Shown one piece after another: positions 60,234 through 64,000 of a DNA stretch of 64,000 bases. How positions within the stretch are numbered: the first letter of the stretch is position 1; each line of letters opens with the position of its first letter. Under the pieces are notes generated by a model. That model was not told the DNA's origin and ran no database searches. It was given only the letters and a program-made list of their open reading frames with translations. Position numbers and translations under genes: made by a program. Source of the stretch: an uncultured Alphaproteobacteria bacterium (GTDB lineage: Bacteria > Pseudomonadota > Alphaproteobacteria > Rs-D84); assembly GCA_944392815.1 (NCBI GenBank), contig CALXXY010000001.1:96001-160000 (forward strand), in the 5' to 3' direction.

Positions 60234-60707
60234 TTATTTTTCGTCGTCAGAATTTTCATGCCGATATGTTTCAGTTATTACACGTGTGCCGATTTTATCG
60301 GCCAAAACCTGGACCGTGTTTTGAACAGCACTGTTATACGACGCGTTCGCCGCAACCAGATATCGCACAAACGTATATGATTCAGACGCACTTTCCGTGC
60401 CACTCATTATTTCTGTATCACCCGCCGACAATGTGTATGTGGCCGTCAGGACGATTTCCTGCCACGTGGCGTCACCGGTGGATTCCAGGGCCTTGTACTG
60501 GGTGACGGGTTCCGCCAGGTTTACAGTTAATGTATATTTCGCGCCCGCATCACGCACACCGCCGAATTTGGCATTTAATTCATTACGCAATTCAATGCCG
60601 TTAATACCGCTGATGGGCGCGACATAAATATCTGTATCCGCGCCAGTGTACATCGGGCGAAAACCGCATGCCGACAGTAATAATAAAATTGGTATGTATT
60701 TTTTCAT
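60234..60707 (-). CDS. lptE: LPS assembly lipoprotein LptE
   Basis: LSACGFRPMY lipobox and lptE-holA synteny. Confidence 0.8.
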   Translation of the reverse strand: MKKYIPILLLLSACGFRPMYTGADTDIYVAPISGINGIELRNELNAKFGGVRDAGAKYTLTVNLAEPVTQYKALESTGDATWQEIVLTATYTLSAGDTEIMSGTESASESYTFVRYLVAANASYNSAVQNTVQVLADKIGTRVITETYRHENSDDEK

Positions 60708-60766
60708 CTTTTCCTGTTGCTTTTTATCCTTATATTACCTAGAGTTTTAATAAATCGCAAGGGGGA

Positions 60767-62005
60767 ATGATGAATATTTTTATGATGATTTTGGTCGCGA
60801 TATTCATGGTTGGATTTTATATGATAAGCAGCCCCAGCCAACGCGTGACAGAACAGGAAACTGAATACGCAATTAATAAATCTGATATGCGGTCAATTGC
60901 TGAATGCGCGTCGGCCAAACACAATGCACAAATCAAGGGCACCGAATTCAATGATGTTTGTGTGGAACAAAATCAAATCAACAGCCAATTTGTATGTCTG
61001 AATTCCAACATGCGTATAACCAGTTGCGAAATTACACGAAATAAACGGCCTGAATACAGTTATATCGTGACCGCAACCACACCAATTGATGTCGACAGTT
61101 ATAACGATATGCTGGAAATACTGGAAGAATATTTCCCAGACGCCGGCACATTCGGCATATTTATGGACGGCAAAATTATGGTTGGGGGATTGTCTGGGGC
61201 ACGAATTGTACCGGACGCCATTATTGATGAAATGGAATTAACCAACGGGCAACTGATATATTTCACGCAATATGAAATCCCAGACGAAGAAACTGTTTTC
61301 ACTGCGCCTGTGCAAACCGATGTTATTTGCCCGATTGGAACGGTTAAAACATACAGATTCGGCCGGTGGCAATGCATAGGATATAACACAAAAACAGATT
61401 GTGGCGGTGATATGATTTGGGATTCTGAATTGTTAATGTGTGTGGCCGATGAATCAAAAAAGCCACTGTGTGCGGAACAACAAACGGCTGTGTTGGTCGA
61501 CAGTGTATGGGAATGCGTGAACCCGTTTCCTGAAAAAGTATGTCCAGACGGCATGATTGCACGATTGAATTATAATACACTGGAATGGGAATGCGTTGTA
61601 AATCCAAACGAAATTGCAGATACTAAGAAATGTGACACTGTGTCCCAGGGCGTTATTTTCGGCCCGGTTGGTACAACCGCACGCGTGCCGACAACATCAT
61701 GCACAGATTGCGAAACTATGATTACAAATCCAGACACGTGCGAATCCGTGTGCGTGCCCGACCCGTCAAAAATTAACGACCCGGCATGTTATAGTGCCAC
61801 CGGCGATTGCAGTGGCCCGTCGCGCGGATATTATTTCGGTTTTCCATCGTATTCATATGCCACGCACGTTGACGCAGTTGCCGGGTACACAATCCCACTG
61901 GACGCGGCACATTCACAAAATCGCAAATTTAACTGTTTGGATTGTGGCGATGGCGAAATAGATTCAGAAAAATCGTTGCCGCCGTATATTTCTGTGTGCA
62001 AATAA
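60767..62005 (+). CDS. Membrane-anchored Cys-rich exported protein
   Basis: N-terminal TM helix and many paired cysteines (W.C repeats). Confidence 0.72.
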   Translation: MMNIFMMILVAIFMVGFYMISSPSQRVTEQETEYAINKSDMRSIAECASAKHNAQIKGTEFNDVCVEQNQINSQFVCLNSNMRITSCEITRNKRPEYSYIVTATTPIDVDSYNDMLEILEEYFPDAGTFGIFMDGKIMVGGLSGARIVPDAIIDEMELTNGQLIYFTQYEIPDEETVFTAPVQTDVICPIGTVKTYRFGRWQCIGYNTKTDCGGDMIWDSELLMCVADESKKPLCAEQQTAVLVDSVWECVNPFPEKVCPDGMIARLNYNTLEWECVVNPNEIADTKKCDTVSQGVIFGPVGTTARVPTTSCTDCETMITNPDTCESVCVPDPSKINDPACYSATGDCSGPSRGYYFGFPSYSYATHVDAVAGYTIPLDAAHSQNRKFNCLDCGDGEIDSEKSLPPYISVCK

Positions 62006-62027
62006 AAATGCGCCGTGTGGCGCATTT

Positions 62028-62579
62028 TTACCTGGAATATTGTTTTATTTGCGCGGCAATTTCCTGCATGCGCTGTATTGTGTCTTCGTATTCCTGGCGA
62101 TAACGTTCTGTGTCGGCGATGGCCTGTTCGTATGTATTGGCGTCACGTTCAGATGGGTTCATGTTGGCCTGGGCCGCGAACATTGTATCGGACAAGATTT
62201 CAGAATATTCGTCCAATTTGTCATATTGGCGGCGTAATTCAACCAAACGCGCATCTTTGACGACACGGTCGTATGTTTTATCGAAATTTTCTGCCGCATT
62301 TAATTCACGTTGTGCAGACGCCAATTTATTCGCCACAGGTTGCAGAACACTGATTTCATGTTCCATGTCCGCGATTTCCGATTGGGCCTCTATCGTGTCG
62401 GCACGGTCATAACGATTGTTGTCGATAAAACGCTGCAAATTGGATATATTGCGGCGATAATTGTCGATTTTGCTGATGGCGCGATGACCGTTATCAACCG
62501 CGCTTTGCAGGGCGGGCCGTTTATTGTCCACCAAAGATTTTAAAATATTAAAAACACCCATATTGACGCGACGTGTCAT
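62028..62579 (-). CDS. Hypothetical coiled-coil protein
   Basis: AAAGGAG SD before MTRRVN; heptad-rich sequence. Confidence 0.68.
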   Translation of the reverse strand: MTRRVNMGVFNILKSLVDNKRPALQSAVDNGHRAISKIDNYRRNISNLQRFIDNNRYDRADTIEAQSEIADMEHEISVLQPVANKLASAQRELNAAENFDKTYDRVVKDARLVELRRQYDKLDEYSEILSDTMFAAQANMNPSERDANTYEQAIADTERYRQEYEDTIQRMQEIAAQIKQYSR

Positions 62580-62901
62580 ACTCACTCCTTTTACACACGC
62601 TAATATAGTACCAAACATATGTTTTGTCAATATACAACGCTAAAAAATATAAAACTCGGTTGATTTTATAAAAATATTGTGGTCTAATTTTGATGATGAC
62701 AGGTGTTTCTGTCATTGGGTCTTACTAACCCATGGTGTTGATGTCAGAGATGACATTAAATATCTCCAACTGCATCACGGTTGGAGTGCGTGTAATATAC
62801 AAATAAGCGCGACAATATCAACACATTGTTAGTAAGCTCCAACCACCAGATTTTTTGTTTGGTGGTGTTTTGTTTACCGCACAAAACAAGGAGTTCTGGC
62901 G

Positions 62902-63459
62902 ATGTTCAAAAAAACAAATATTGCGTTAATCGCAATATTATCAATTGCGTCACCGGCGATTTTTTGCGCGCCTGCAAACGCAGGTGGCCCGTTTTCCAAT
63001 CCAAATTCACTGGGCGATGTGATGATGGTTATGGCGCCTGCGTATGCGTTGGGTATGACCGTCATGGCCCGTGACTGGGTGGGCACACTGGAATTAGGCG
63101 GTTCCGTTTTGGCCGCACAATTGGCCAGCGAAGGAATCAAAGCACTGGAACTGGAAAGACGCCCCAACGGCAGCGATTATAAATCTTTGCCCAGCGGACA
63201 CGCAGCGGGCGCATTTTCAGCCGCAATGTTCGTTCATAAACGATATGGGTGGAAACCTGCCCTGATTCCATATGGAATGAGTTTGGTGACCGGCTGGTCC
63301 CGTGTAAAGGCCCGCGCGCATTATTGGCACGATGTGTTGGCTGGTGCGGCAGTGTCCGCATTATTCACGTGGATATTGGTGGATAAATATATCCCAGACG
63401 GCGTCAATATTGCTGTCGACACAGACGGCGTGGCGGTTGAATTCAAAACTGAATTTTAA
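62902..63459 (+). CDS. PAP2-family phosphatase (lipid A phosphatase-like)
   Basis: K...RRPN, SLPSGH and SRVKARAHYWHDV motifs. Confidence 0.88.
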   Translation: MFKKTNIALIAILSIASPAIFCAPANAGGPFSNPNSLGDVMMVMAPAYALGMTVMARDWVGTLELGGSVLAAQLASEGIKALELERRPNGSDYKSLPSGHAAGAFSAAMFVHKRYGWKPALIPYGMSLVTGWSRVKARAHYWHDVLAGAAVSALFTWILVDKYIPDGVNIAVDTDGVAVEFKTEF

Positions 63460-63502
63460 TCGCAAAATAACAAAAAAATATCCGGGGTGACCCGGATATT
63501 TT

Positions 63503-64000
63503 TTATTCTGCGGCGGACACGCGGGTAAATGCGCCATTGTCCAACATTTCGCGCACGGCGAAATTTTTAATCTTGCGCGCAGATGTTTGTGGCAATTCCT
63601 GTTCTGTTATCGCGAAATTACGCACCCATTTATATGGCGCAATTTTTAAATTTGACGATTTTACCAACGCAGAAACACGCGCAGCCGATGTGCCGGGCGC
63701 AACCTGGAATACCGCAAACGGTACAGTTTTGCCACGAATCACGTATTCAAACACAGCCGCGGCCAGGATTTCTGAGTTTTGCATGTATAAATCTTCTAAT
63801 TCGTCGGGATATACATTTTTACCACTGTCCAGAACGATGACCTGTTTTTTACGACCCTTTACCACCAGGCGGCCACGTTTATCCAGTTTGCCCAAATCAC
63901 CTGTTTTGAACCAACCGTTTTCAAACGCCGCCGCATTTGCGTCGTCATTATCAACATATCCAGGCATAACCAATTTACCACGCACCCAAATTTCACCAAC
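63503..64000 (-). CDS. AMP-binding long-chain acyl-CoA synthetase, C-terminal part (5' end off the window)
   Basis: GEIWVRG...MPGY, WFKTGDLG and GRKKQVIVLDSGKNVYPDELE motifs. Confidence 0.85.
   Translation of the reverse strand, partial: VGEIWVRGKLVMPGYVDNDDANAAAFENGWFKTGDLGKLDKRGRLVVKGRKKQVIVLDSGKNVYPDELEDLYMQNSEILAAAVFEYVIRGKTVPFAVFQVAPGTSAARVSALVKSSNLKIAPYKWVRNFAITEQELPQTSARKIKNFAVREMLDNGAFTRVSAAE

Overview
64-kb bacterial chromosome segment, most likely from a small-genome alphaproteobacterium (inferred from LpxI, the alphaproteobacterial 'GLDPTTFNKSKR' HTH family and the zapA context). Housekeeping genes include recG, dnaB, birA, lpxI, ligA, fabI, priA, miaA, gap, rpmG, parC, zapA, radC, map, holA, lptE and four tRNAs (Asn, Asp, Glu, Leu). 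The main feature, at about 1.8-14.1 kb, is a set of podovirus-type (T7/BPP-1-like) head, packaging, short-tail and lysis genes with no integrase or phage replication module. These genes are interleaved with host genes, which makes them a candidate domesticated gene-transfer-agent-like system. Its large terminase is split into separate ATPase and nuclease genes by an opposite-strand dnaB/regulator block. Other notable items: a putative anti-RBS sRNA; five stand-alone paralogues of a repressor-type HTH; an 11-copy TTCAA-N7-TTGAA palindrome array overlapping a ~0.5-kb inverted duplication; an integrase-less tRNA-Asn island carrying an MboII-like type IIS R-M system; a SAM-II/V-like riboswitch before a divergent metK; REP-like repeats; a Slam (type XI secretion) lipoprotein locus; and widespread leaderless-type promoters. 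All family assignments come from motif recognition by eye, not from database searches.
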